From assembly GCA_951406725.2 (NCBI GenBank), contig OX597818.1, forward strand, positions 5,766,001 to 5,830,000: 64,000 nt of DNA, written 5' to 3'. Below are positions 26,054 through 37,877 of this stretch, in pieces (positions within the stretch are counted from its first letter, which is position 1; every line of letters begins with the position of its first letter). The notes below the pieces were generated by a model. That model did not search any database. It was given only the letters and a program-made list of their open reading frames with translations, and was not told the DNA's origin. The translations under genes and the position numbers were made by a program. The DNA comes from Octopus vulgaris (taxonomy: Eukaryota).

Positions 26054-26104
26054 TTTGTCAAAATATTTTCGTCGCTACAAGACAGCGACCTGTTCACTGA
26101 CAAA
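26054..26104 (-). ncRNA. Hammerhead-like motif with G3:C8 core swap
   Basis: Minus strand: UUUGUCA-GUGAACA-G-GUCGC(UGUCUUGUA)GCGAC-GAAA-AUAU-UU-UGACAAA. Lies within a (TA)n-flanked repeat at 25972-26170. Confidence 0.7.
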
Positions 26105-26169
26105 AATCTGTGTTTTCGTTCCTGCACACAATCTCGGATCAAATCACTTGCTATGCAAGTACATCTCTG

Positions 26170-26277
<108 letters not shown>

Positions 26278-26298
26278 GTGTATGTATGTATATATATA

Positions 26299-26531
26299 AG
26301 GCGAGCTGGCAGAAAAGTTAACACGCCGGGCGAAATGCTTAGCAGTATAGCAGTATTTCGTCTCCCGTTATGTTCTGAGCTCAAATTCCACCGAGGTCAA
26401 CTTTGCCTTTCATCCTTTCGAGGTCGATAAATTAAGAACCAGTTACGCACTAGGATCGATGTAATCGACTTAATCCCTTTGTCTTTCGTTGTTTGTCCCC
26501 TCTATATTTAGCTCCTTGTGGGCAATAAAGA

Positions 26532-26532
<1 letters not shown>
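26299..26532 (+). mobile_element. SINE family B, near full length
   Basis: GGCGAGCTGGCAGAA..CACGCCGGGCGAAATGCTTAGC..CTTTGCCTTTCATCCTTTCGAGGTCGATAAATTAAG. Confidence 0.88.
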
Positions 26533-26581
<49 letters not shown>

Positions 26582-27095
26582 TTAATAATAATAATATTAG
26601 GGAATAAATCCAAGCTTACAGGGAAAATTAGATTTAGAATTAAATCGAATTTTATAGTATTATATTATATTAAATTAGAGATAAGACCACTATTAGGCAA
26701 ATCAAACAGTAAAAAACATAAGCCAATACATAAAATTAATTTAAAAATATAAAAGTTAAAAATTAAAAAGTTATTAAAATAAGTTAAACTTATATACTTA
26801 TATACAAATATATAGATATATATATGTATGTATATTTTTATATTTATATATTATTTTGTTTATTAATTAATTAATTAATTTATTTATTTATTTTTTATTT
26901 ATTTATATATATATATAAATATCAAAAGTATTAAAAGTTTAATAAAAGATAAATATATATATATATATATATATATATCTGTAAATCTATCTATTTTATT
27001 TCATTTACCTGTCCCTTTCTCTCTACTCTCTCGCACAAGTACGTATGTGTATATATATACGCAATAATAAATATGTGCATATGTATATATATGTA

Positions 27096-27424
27096 TGGCC
27101 AAGTATCTTCTGCTATAGCCCCGGGCCGACCAAAGCCTTGTGAGTGGATTTGGTTGACGGAAACTGAAAGAAGCCTGTCGTATATATGTACATATATATG
27201 TATGTGTATGTATATGTTTGTGTGTCTGTGTTTGTGCCTCTAGCATTGCTTGACAACCGATGCTGGTGTGTTTACGTCCCCGTCACTTAGCGGTTCGGCA
27301 AAAGAGACCGATAGAATAAGTACTGGGCTTACAAAGAATAAGTCCCAGGGTCGATTTGCTCGACTAAAGGCGGTACTCCAGCATGGCCGCAGTCAAATGA
27401 CTGAAACAAGTAAAAGAGTAAAAG
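27096..27424 (+). mobile_element. SINE family A, lacking the tRNA head
   Basis: CTATAGCCCCGGGCCGACCAAAGCCTTGTGAGTGGATTTGG..central (TA/TG)n..CAGCATGGCCGCAGTCAAATGACTGAAACAAGTAAAAGA. Confidence 0.9.
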
Positions 27425-27434
27425 ATATATATAT

Positions 27435-27881
27435 ACATTGTTATATTTCGGAATGGTCATTTTGCCAGATTAGCCAAAAAAACACACGCATTATATATTT
27501 GGTGTTATTTTGCTTCAGTTTTATTTATTTTTTACGTTAATCTTAATCTTATTTCGGCCAGAGTTCTTTCGTCACACTCCTGTGACTGCATCAGTGATCC
27601 TTTGTTTTCTTCTTTCTTATTTGTGTCTCTCCTCACTAACCGTCAGCCATTTTGTATTTCTATTGTATGTCTTCATTTGCGCATGCTTATATCTCTACGT
27701 GCGTCTATGTTTATTTAGTGTGTGTGTGGGGGGGAGGATGCCTGTAATATATGTATCTTCTGTTTATATACGTTCATGTAATTTGTTTTTGTTGTTGTTG
27801 TTTTGTTTATTCTTATTTTGTTCATCCACATATTATTATTATCATTACGTATGCTTGTATGTATGTATAACAACAATACTA

Positions 27882-27937
<56 letters not shown>

Positions 27938-28350
27938 AAATCTTTTAAATTAAACAAAAAAACTTATATAGTTATTTATTTCTATTTGTTTATTTATCTA
28001 TGTATTTTATTTATTATGTTTTCGGTTTTGTTTATATTGTAACAAGTTTATGGGGATCCTCTACCGTCATACGTTGTGGTGTGTGCTAGTGTTCCATTCC
28101 AGGTTCCTATTCAGGCTAGGTTTATCATCTATTATGTGTGTAGCTTCTGTAATTTGTCTGATTGTTGCATCTGTTCTATGTGTGGACAATATTTTAATTT
28201 CTATGTTGTTGATTGATCCCCCGTGATTCGGCGTTTTGGTACAGAATCGATGTGCTTTTACCTTCCTTAAGTCCTCTCCAATGGTCATTTACCCGCTCTC
28301 CTATGCTTCTTGCCGTTTCCCCTACGTATGTTGTTGTCTTGTTACTGCCT
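27435..28350 (-). mobile_element. PLE 3' fragment (GIY-YIG C-terminus plus 3' tail)
   Basis: Minus strand NKTTTYVGETARSIGERVNDHW and RQITEATHIIDDKPSLNRNLEW*. Confidence 0.75.
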
Positions 28351-28389
28351 CGCCCCTGTATACATCTTATACTATAGACTACATTTATA

Positions 28390-30389
28390 TAAGTTCAGTA
28401 AAAATTTAGATTCAGTTGAATATGGTACTGAAGTTAAAGGCACCAGAATTTAGTATGGTATTATCTATATAATTCAAAACGGGGTAATTATAATCAAAAT
28501 AAGCAAGGATATCCAGAGGTAATGCAGGAAGATCGTTACATGCGACTCCATTTAATTGAACAATGCAAGTATTACATCAGTTTTAAAATGTAGAACAATC
28601 TTTAGCTGCATAAACGTTTAGAATTTAGTTAAATTTAAAAGATACATTTTTATAGTTATTCCATTAACCAAAATCACAAAGAGGGTAAGTAGGTAGACAG
28701 AGAAATAAGTTTCATCAACAAAAACATAGTAGTAACTGATATTTGTTTTATGAAGACACTACTTATCATTGATCTTACTTTGTTATTTAGATTTATTAAT
28801 GGGGGAGGGGGTTCAAGAAGAGTTTATCAGGTCTAGTGGAAAACACGAATTTATCTTTTATAGATAGAGAAAAAGACAGTTTAAGTGACAGAGCCATAAA
28901 TCAAGATCCCTTTGACGTAGAAACCATTTGGGTTCAGTAGAATATATTTCAGCCAAAATTAGCAGGCTAAAGCTGATGGGGTAGGGAGAGTAAAAACTTA
29001 TAATACTTAATCATATAACAGTCTAAATCCCAATGGTAATTTGAAATAAATAGGTACATTTTAGAGAGTTTTTCAAAGAATCAGAATAGTTTTAGTATTT
29101 TACACAATATAGGGATGGAGAATATAGAAATAATTTCATATTTATATAAGTTTCTATATCAATAATATAAGTTTATAGTTAATTAATAAACAGTAATTTA
29201 TTGGTATTAATGAGTTAAATTAAAGGAATATGTTAAAAATGTCATAAATTTTCTACATGCTAATAACATGAGAATATATTTCTTGTGTTATAAAATAGAT
29301 AGTGAATTATATCAGTATGGTTCTGTATAGGTTAAGTGTGAACTCAATAGAAATGTATTATCAGTAAAATGATATAGTGGGTAAATAAGTAAGTTAAAAT
29401 GGTTTAAAATTGAAGTGAAGGAATTTAAATAAGTAAATTGAAAAATAAATATAAAGTTATTGTAGAATATTATAGATAAGGGGTAGAATAGATTTGTGTT
29501 CTAAAAACTTATAGAATATCCCTAGCTTATTTATATTAATAGGTGAGGTAAGCTGCTATAAGAAAATCTCTTATAATTACATTATAATTTTATAATTTCT
29601 AGATTAAAATTAATATTTCCTTATCATGGGAGTTGTCATGAATGACTAGTGTTTAATATCTGGTAAAGAAATGATCAAGCTATTGGTTAAAAGTTATATC
29701 ATTAATAAGACTTTTATAAAATTTTGGGTTCTATTATAGATTTAAGAAAAAGTTATTATTATTCGTTATAGGATGATTTATATCTTTTAATTGGTACCTG
29801 TAAAATGTTATCATTTTCTTTAATTAAAATCTATTTTAAAAGCTTTATAATACATATAAAGATCATGAGGGTGGGGTTGTTTTATAGAAATAGAAACCAA
29901 ATAACCTAGATATTATTATCTATACTTTATCAGGTTTTGAATATTAATTTAGGGGATTTAAAATAACTTTTTATGAGAATATTCCTAGTAAATAAGGTAT
30001 TAATTGGCACACATATCAAAAACTTTAAAGGGAAGCAACCAAGATGCAAGTTCCTTGAATTAGGAAGGAATATTTAAATTTAGTATTTAAGAATGAAGTG
30101 TAGTTTTATGGAGCATAATAATTTAGGCTAGTTAGAAGTAATATTTATAATATAAAAAAAAGAAGAATTAGGTGTAGTAGAATTCTTGTAGAAATGGATA
30201 TGGAAATTACCAATTCTTTAAAACTTATTGTGGATTAGGTATACAACTTAATAATTTTATTAGATATATAGAATTTATGTAATAATTATAGAAATTTTAA
30301 AAGATTTTATCCAACTTTATTCAATTTATTTATGTTACTAAATTTCTTAATAACTTAATTACCTCTGGATATCCTTGTTGCTTATTTTG

Positions 30390-30395
<6 letters not shown>
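28390..30395 (-). mobile_element. Very AT-rich decayed PLE with short inverted terminal repeat
   Basis: TATAATCAAAATAAGCAAGGATATCCAGAGGTAAT (28489-28523) recurs inverted at 30358-30395. Faint RT-thumb remnants (LPF, HPH, YP). The end resembles the 24088 family. Confidence 0.5.
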
Positions 30396-30431
<36 letters not shown>

Positions 30432-30670
30432 AATGAGGGTGAAAAATCGATATTAATTTAATAATACCATTAATTTAACACCAAGTGGCTTAGCACAAAA
30501 AACTACGGAGAAAATACAAATTTATACATAAATTATTAGAGAGTTATCCACTATGTGGATAACTCTAGTGCTAAAAATAGCTCCGAAGCAACCACAGAAG
30601 ATCAGTTTCCAACTAGAATCAACATACATTTAACGGAAGGAAAGTGAAATACAACGAATAAAATAGATTG

Positions 30671-30746
30671 ACTCTATACAATTGTTTCATTACTAATGTA
30701 ATATGTAGTTTTACTTACACTTACATCTATAAATCTTCGGTAGAGT
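30671..30746 (-). ncRNA. Minimal type I hammerhead ribozyme, CCGAAGA core, array copy 1
   Basis: Minus strand: ACUCUA-CCGAAGA-[long AU-rich stem II]-GAAA-CAAUUG-UA-UAGAGU. Perfect 6-bp stem I and palindromic stem III. Confidence 0.8.
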
Positions 30747-31163
30747 TTGTCAGAAATGCAATTAATTAGATCGATTCGGGCGTCAAAAACACGAGCGGTC
30801 CAACCAATTACATTTTTAGTTATGTCTCAAATTCCGCGCCAAAAGCATGCCTAGACTCCATTGGAAACGTATGCCGCATCAAATAAAATATTGACTGCCG
30901 CGTAGTTAAATTTATAAAATTATAAATGAGGGTGAAAAATCGATATTAATTTAATAATACCATTAATTTAACACCAAGTGGCTTAGCACAAAAAACTACG
31001 GAGAAAATACAAATTTATACATAAATTATTAGAGAGTTATCCACTATGTGGATAGCTCTAGTGCTAAAAATAGCTCCGAAGCAACCACAGAAGATCAGTT
31101 TCCAACTAGAATCAACATACATTTAACGGAAGGAAAGTGAAATACAACGAATAAAATAGATTG

Positions 31164-31239
31164 ACTCTATACAATTGTTTCATTACTAATGTAATATGTA
31201 GTTTTACTTACACTTACATCTATAAATCTTCGGTAGAGT
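31164..31239 (-). ncRNA. Minimal type I hammerhead ribozyme, array copy 2
   Basis: Identical to 30671-30746, 493 bp away. Confidence 0.8.
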
Positions 31240-31919
31240 TTGTCAGAAATGCAATTAATTAGATCGATTCGAGCGTCAAAAACACGAGCGGTCCAACCAA
31301 TTACATTTTTAGTTATGTCTCAAATTCCGCGCCAAAAGCATGCCTAGACTCCATTGGAAACGTATGCCGCATCAAATAAAATATTGACTGCTGCGTAGTT
31401 AAATTTATAAAATTATAAATGAGGGTGAAAAATCGATATTAATTTAATAATACCATTAATTTAACACCAAGTGGCTTAGCACAAAAAACTACGGAGAAAA
31501 TACAAATTTATACATAAATTATTAGAGAGTTATCCACTATGTGGATAACTCTAGTGCTAAAAATAGTTCCGAAGCAACCACAGAAGATCAGTTTCCAACT
31601 AGAATCAACATACATTTAACGGAAGGAAAGTGAAATACAACGAATAAAATATTTTCTCCGTAGTTTTTTGTGCTAAGCCACTTGGTGTTAAATTAATGGT
31701 ATTATTAAACTAATATCGATTTTTCACCCTCATTTATAATTTTATAAATTTAACTACGCGGCAGTCAATATTTTATTTGATGCGGCATACGTTTCCAATG
31801 GAGTCTAGGCATGCTTTTGGCGCGGAATTTGAGACATAACTAAAAATGTAATTGGTTGGACTACATATTACTCGTGTTTTTGACGCTCGAATCGATCTAA
31901 TTAATTGCATTTCTGACAA

Positions 31920-32005
31920 ACTCTACCGAAGATTTATAGATGTAAGTGAGAATAACTAAAAGTAAAACTACATATTACATTAGTAATGAAACAATTGTAT
32001 AGAGT
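31920..32005 (+). ncRNA. Minimal type I hammerhead ribozyme, inverted array copy
   Basis: ACTCTA-CCGAAGA-...-GAAA-CAATTG-TA-TAGAGT on the plus strand, with a 10-nt net insertion in stem II. Confidence 0.75.
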
Positions 32006-32142
32006 CAATCTATTTTATTCGTTGTATTTCACTTTCCTTCCGTTAAATGTATGTTGATTCTAGTTGGAAACTGATCTTCTGTGGTTGCTTCGGAGCTATT
32101 TTTAGCACTAGAGTTATCCACATAGTGGATAACTCTCTAATA

Positions 32143-32196
<54 letters not shown>

Positions 32197-33149
32197 ACAA
32201 ACTTATATACATAAACACAGACATATTATCGGTGTCATGCACGGGTTTAGTCACTGATTCTCAGCAGGCCTTCTATGTAGTTGGGTAAGATGCGGCCTTC
32301 TATGTAATCTGCAATATCATCGTAGCTTCATACGTTGAGCTGGAAACAAATTAGCATCGAAACCATAGCTTTCTCTTAATCAAGATAAGTTGTGTAATTA
32401 ATTAAACATTATATGACAATCTTATATGCATATTATATCTTGTAAGAAATCGAAGTGAACGTATACATTTATTCTTTGTCAACTAATTTTCCGTTTATAA
32501 AGAATCCGTCCAGTATACATTTTTAAAATCCGATATATGAAGTTTTATTCTATACAGCTGGAACGATTACCTAACTTGATGTCTTATTTCTTTCTTTTGC
32601 ACTTTGAGAATTTTATTTTCAGTTTGAGAATGATTAATATGAAAACTCTAAAAGTTAAAGTCACCAAGTATTGAACGCATATATGTCTACATTGTAATTG
32701 AATGCACCTAACTATAGCAGATCTGTTGCATTCTCACAGAAAGTTCTTACGCATGGTCTAGGTGATAAATCAGTCGACGTTGAATCAAATATATTTCGAT
32801 TGAATGGTTATATAACAACAAATTGCATCTCAGAAGGGAGAATTATTACTAATTTGTTGTAATTCTTCTGAGGGAATAATACGAATTAATCTTCAACTTT
32901 TGCTCCAATGGAGCTATATCTCATCAGTTGCAAAATTACATCTTGACGCAGGACTAATGCTGGTGAGGTATAAATAGAGACGGCTTCCAAACCAGAAACA
33001 GGGCTTTTCAATTGAAAGTTAGAAAGCATCAACTGAATATTGTGTAAGTATGAATGGATTTATTTGTGCGCATGTATTTTATTTTTGTATTCATGTACAC
33101 ACACACACAGACGAGCGCGCACACACATACATACACACATACACACGAT

Positions 33150-34130
33150 ATTCAAATCTGACACCATAAAAAGAAATAAAAGCAATATCCCATTGAAAAC
33201 TAAAAATGTTTTAAAAAATGAAAACAGTATCAATCAGTTTAGGATGGGGAGATAACGGTTTTCTCAAAGTAGCCAACCTCTCGTTCCCACACGTTTACAA
33301 AACAATTCTAGAACCTGGAGCATCAATGTGGTTTTGAGAAGATATTTAAACGCTTCCTTGATCTATGCCACCAACTCGGCCTTGGTATTGCAACGGGAGC
33401 AGTTTGTGTCTTTCTCAATCATGCCACACACATAGTAAGCGATGCGATTAAAATTGGGGTAATTAAAATGTTAGAAAGTGGGGCTAGGTAAGCCGTTGTA
33501 ATTCTGCGACAACTACTTCGGATTGTTTCCGGAGGTATGGTAAAGAGCCCAGTCCTGGCGCCTTACATATGACTTTCAAAGAACAACACACTCTAGCCAG
33601 GAAAGGAAGACATATATTCATCATAGAAAAAGAAAAACAATCTGCTAACTTCTTAAATTTTTTCGTCGATCTGTGTTTCTGTTACAAACAGGTCCACTGC
33701 AACTAGTTTCAGACAGCGTCGTGGGACAGTACGAATAAGATGGAGGAATTTGATATATGTTCTTGAAATTCATATACGTCAGTTATTCTGGATGTCGTAG
33801 CCAATATTCATAGCTTGGCCGAAAACTTGACATTTGTTTTATATTCATGTGCCTTCTCTACCTTCTTTGTTTAGTGGGGTTCTTTTGGCATTGGGCAGTA
33901 TAGCAAGTGAGGAATTAATAACCTAGAATGCTGGATCTCGAGGCAAATACACCTGTAAATAATAGCGTGTAGATACTGGGCTAAAATCAAATTGGTTCGA
34001 AAAAGTCGGAAGCTATTACGTGTCCATATCATCTGTAAACACGATTGGTATTCTATCCATTAAACCAAAGCAATCCTTCGAATTTTTTTTATCCAATTTC
34101 AAAACCTCATTCTGACTGGCGAAATTTGTA
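33150..34130 (-). mobile_element. Degenerate maT/DD37D-like transposon remnant
   Basis: Minus strand YVRRQDWALYHTSG (cf. YVWQQDSAPCHTS), YVCGMIEKDTNCSRCNTKAELVA*IKEAF and GYFE. Confidence 0.65.
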
Positions 34131-34619
34131 TGTTCTTGATGTCATAAACATATTTAAATAAACTTCGAGACAACATTTAATAATTCTTTGAACTTCAACA
34201 ATATATATACATAGATATATACATATGTGTATCTATATAAAATTTTCCTAGTAAAATTTTCGTAGTTTTGAAGAACGTTGGTACTTAAAATTTTATTTGC
34301 TGCCGATTATAACTGCACTTGCACGGTGGATTTGAAAAATCATAATGTATATAGATGGAACATGTGCGTCTTCAATGTTCCACAAATATACATTAATTAT
34401 AGCGTCTATGTTGATGCGGACACGGATGGCAAATTATTTTATTTTGTCATTGACAGAGAAACCTAGGTACACAGATAACTATAAAATGTTTTAATTTTTC
34501 AGCCCCTTCGAAATTACTCTTATCCGTGGTTTTCGCTTTAGCTGCCCTTTTCAGCATGTAAGGTATCCTGTTAGGTTCATCTCTTTTGTATATAGAAATG
34601 TACACTAATTTTATATGTT

Positions 34620-34620
34620 A

Positions 34621-34718
<98 letters not shown>
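34620..34718. repeat. (CTAT)n microsatellite
   Basis: Direct observation. Similar tracts at ~44460-44545 and ~61440-61497. Confidence 0.95.
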
Positions 34719-34719
<1 letters not shown>

Positions 34720-34787
34720 ATCTATATCTATATATATATATATATATATATACATACACACACACGCACACGCATACACATATACAA

Positions 34788-34909
34788 ACGACGGGCTTCT
34801 GTTAGTCGGCCCAAGGCTAAAGTAGAAGACACTTGCTCAAGATGTCAGGTAGAGGCACTGAACTCGGAATAATGTAGGTGGGAATCAAGCTTCTCACCAC
34901 ACAGTCACG

Positions 34910-34910
<1 letters not shown>
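34788..34910 (-). mobile_element. SINE family A, deleted 5' part
   Basis: ACGACGGGCTTCT..GTCGGCCCAAGGCTAAAGTAGAAGACACTTGC..CTGAACTCGGAA. Confidence 0.7.
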
Positions 34911-34952
<42 letters not shown>

Positions 34953-35049
34953 CGGGAAGATTTATGAAAATAAACAAAAGACGAAGGCAGGTGGAAAACA
35001 AACGAACAATTGTATTAGTATGGCGCTCAGGAAATATAAATAAAACAAG

Positions 35050-35087
35050 TCTTTAACGTTTCGAGCCTACGCTCTTCAACAGAAAGA
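35050..35087 (-). ncRNA. Very small hammerhead-like motif (CUGUUGA core) in a ~150-bp PLE-terminus-like repeat (34951-35100)
   Basis: Minus strand: UCUUU-CUGUUGA-A-GAGC(GUAG)GCUC-GAAA-CG-UU-AAAGA. Confidence 0.6.
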
Positions 35088-37017
35088 TACACAGAGAGAG
35101 AAATATATATGTACATATATACATACATACGTACATATATAATAGCCAGTATAAATGTTGGTTCGTTAGTTCAACGGTTGCTTTTTCCAGTCATTCTTTA
35201 CATTTTATAAAAATCAGGAGATAAAAAGGTCGTAAAAGAAAGATATAATGAGACGTTCGAAATGCGTTCACTTACTAGACTACGTGCCAGGAGGATTGTT
35301 TATTAGTTTTGTGAGGATTTATACCAGCTTGAATTTTATTTTATTTCATTGAAGGCAATAAATTCTTTACTTTTGCGAATTAGTGTTCACTCGCTCATTT
35401 TGCATGAAAATCAAGAAAATTGCCAAGTTAAATCATAATTTGTTAATACATGCAATTACTTCCTGATATTAACTATATCGGCAAATGTGTACGTTCAAAC
35501 TTACCTATCCTATGATGGGTAACACACACATAAATACATACATATACAATCATACACTCATATACACACATATATGCATATATGCATTAATTTCTGTACG
35601 TCCACAAATGGCTGCAGTTTATAATAATGATTTAGAATGCATTATGTGTTAGCATCTAACATATTTCATAAAATATATTATATATTATTAGACATGATTT
35701 ATAGGCTAACGTTGACAAATCTTATAAAGAAATATTTGTTTTACCCATTAGTGATCATCTGTTAACAGACTTCAAGGTTTTCAGGAGGTTGTGACATAGC
35801 CTACCAACCTTGTTCTCGAAGTGTTCTCTTGCGTGTGGGGGTTTTGTTGAATTCTCCTTCACACAAAGAAAATCTAATAGCTGTTCTTCGTTGAGCTTCT
35901 CTGCACATATAAGAAACATATATAATGATGGTGCGTTCCGGCAGTTTCTGGGTGATGGCAACCCTGGGCCTTTGTCCAGCATCCACTTTTCCTCCAGGGG
36001 CACTGTTTCGGCTTGGTCACTGACCAGTGGGTTGCATTGTTTCCCTTCGGTTGGTGTGACTTGTTAGTGAGGTGCGCTGTGATGGAGTGGTTTGTGTCAT
36101 TTTCATGTGCCTCGGGTTTCTATATACATGCACATACATACACAGTTTTAGCTATACAGAGATATAAGTATATATACATATCTGTATGCCTGTATAACAT
36201 ATACATATATACATATGTGAATTTATTTAAAAGGAAATATGTGACTGTAACTTCGATAATTTCATTTGGACTGTCTTCTCGAAGATACTTTCAGAAAATA
36301 GCCCATCACAAACACCCAAAGACTGTGCCGGACTCATCCTAGTAGCAACTTAATTTTATTCTCTCTGTAAATATTTAAAATACTCAATCTATAAACATTT
36401 TATTGCTTTGATTAAGATTCTATACAATAAAGACGCACACATACACATATATATTTATATGCAAATATTGTAAGACAGGGAGGAAAATAATTTTAGTGAG
36501 GAGAGTTTGAGAAAGAGAGGGGAGAGAAAGAGAGAGGGGAGAAAGAGAGAGGGAAAGAAAGAGAGAAGTAGAGGAAGATAGAAATAGATAATTCAAATAC
36601 AATATATAACACATTATTTGATATAAATTTCGGTTATAGAAGAAAATTTGTTTGATTTCAATCGCATTCCACGTGTAAATCAGCGTCCTAAACATTTTGG
36701 GAAGTAATAATTTAACGTAGCTGTTATTAAAAAAATCGTTTAAAATTTTTTCTTGTATATTCCATTCGAAACATATAGAGGGATAAGTTGCGTTACACAT
36801 CTGTCGAATTTCTGATGTGCTGCAGGGATTCAAGCTCACAGTATGTATGAAGTTTCATAATAAAGGCATATACGAAAATGAAAACACAAAGCTTTGGCAG
36901 GTGTTCACAGAACAAAGACCATCGACATAAGTAGAGATAAATTCACAGAGATAGACACAGGCATATACATACAAACACACATACAGACACACAGACACAC
37001 TCAAAAGCAAACACATG

Positions 37018-37054
<37 letters not shown>

Positions 37055-37531
37055 CACTGCAAATTTCTGGAGAACCGTATTAATATATGGTGAACAGAAT
37101 AGAAATTATAGATTAAAATTCACTGGCTGAAAAAAGAGGCACCCAAAGTTTCACATAATAATTTCATGAGGAAACATGTAGCATCTCGCGTTGGAAATGA
37201 AAAGTGGGAAAAAATGTATAACTTCAATAATATGTACACTTGTGAACACTTTTATAATTATACTACTATGAAAATTAAGATTATATGAAATAAAAAACAT
37301 AATCTAATATGTGTGTGTGTGAATGAGTGTGTATGTTTCTATGGTTTTGTAAACATATGTAAATATATAAAAATATGTTTGTATAAATATATAAAAAAAC
37401 TAACATAACCATAGTAATGGTTAAGGGAAGAAGAGAATCAGAAATCAAATATTTATCATATGAATATTGGCATTCTTTCAGACGTCTTAATTTCAAAAAC
37501 CATCCACTCTGATGTGCAGTAGGCACGCAGC

Positions 37532-37586
<55 letters not shown>

Positions 37587-37877
37587 CTCCCTCACTCACA
37601 CGCACACACACTCTCTCTCTCCCTCACTCACACACACACTTATGTAGACTCACAGACACATATACCCATACACGTATACATTTGTATATGTATATATATC
37701 TACCTATCTAGCTATTTATCTATCTATCTATATGTATGTATGTGAGGTGACAAGAGACAAGTCCTTCTTATATTCTTCCCGTCATCGTACAATGGTTGTG
37801 TTAGTCGGCGGCTAGCCGTAAAGAAAATACCGTTGGAGAGCGGTAAGTAGTGATGTATATAAATACAAATTTCTTAC

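Larger units (their letters stand above)
30421..32146. repeat. 493-bp tandem array (2.5 direct copies plus one inverted copy), hammerhead-containing and retrozyme-like
   Basis: Unit starts at 30421, 30914 and 31407 (period 493) with only a few substitutions. Orientation flips at ~31650. (TA)n on both sides. No ORF from the supplied track falls in this region. Confidence 0.95.

Noticed and set aside
27545-27600. Hammerhead-like string CTGATGC-A-GTCACA(GGAG)TGTGAC-GAAA-GAACTC-TG on the minus strand
   Set aside because: A9 is altered, the cleavage position would be G, and no stem I pairing is evident. At best it is a decayed motif.
30421-32146. CRISPR array or simple satellite interpretation of the 493-bp repeat
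   Set aside because: There are no unique spacers or cas genes and the context is eukaryotic. The low copy number, inversion and ribozyme motif fit a retro-mobilised unit better.
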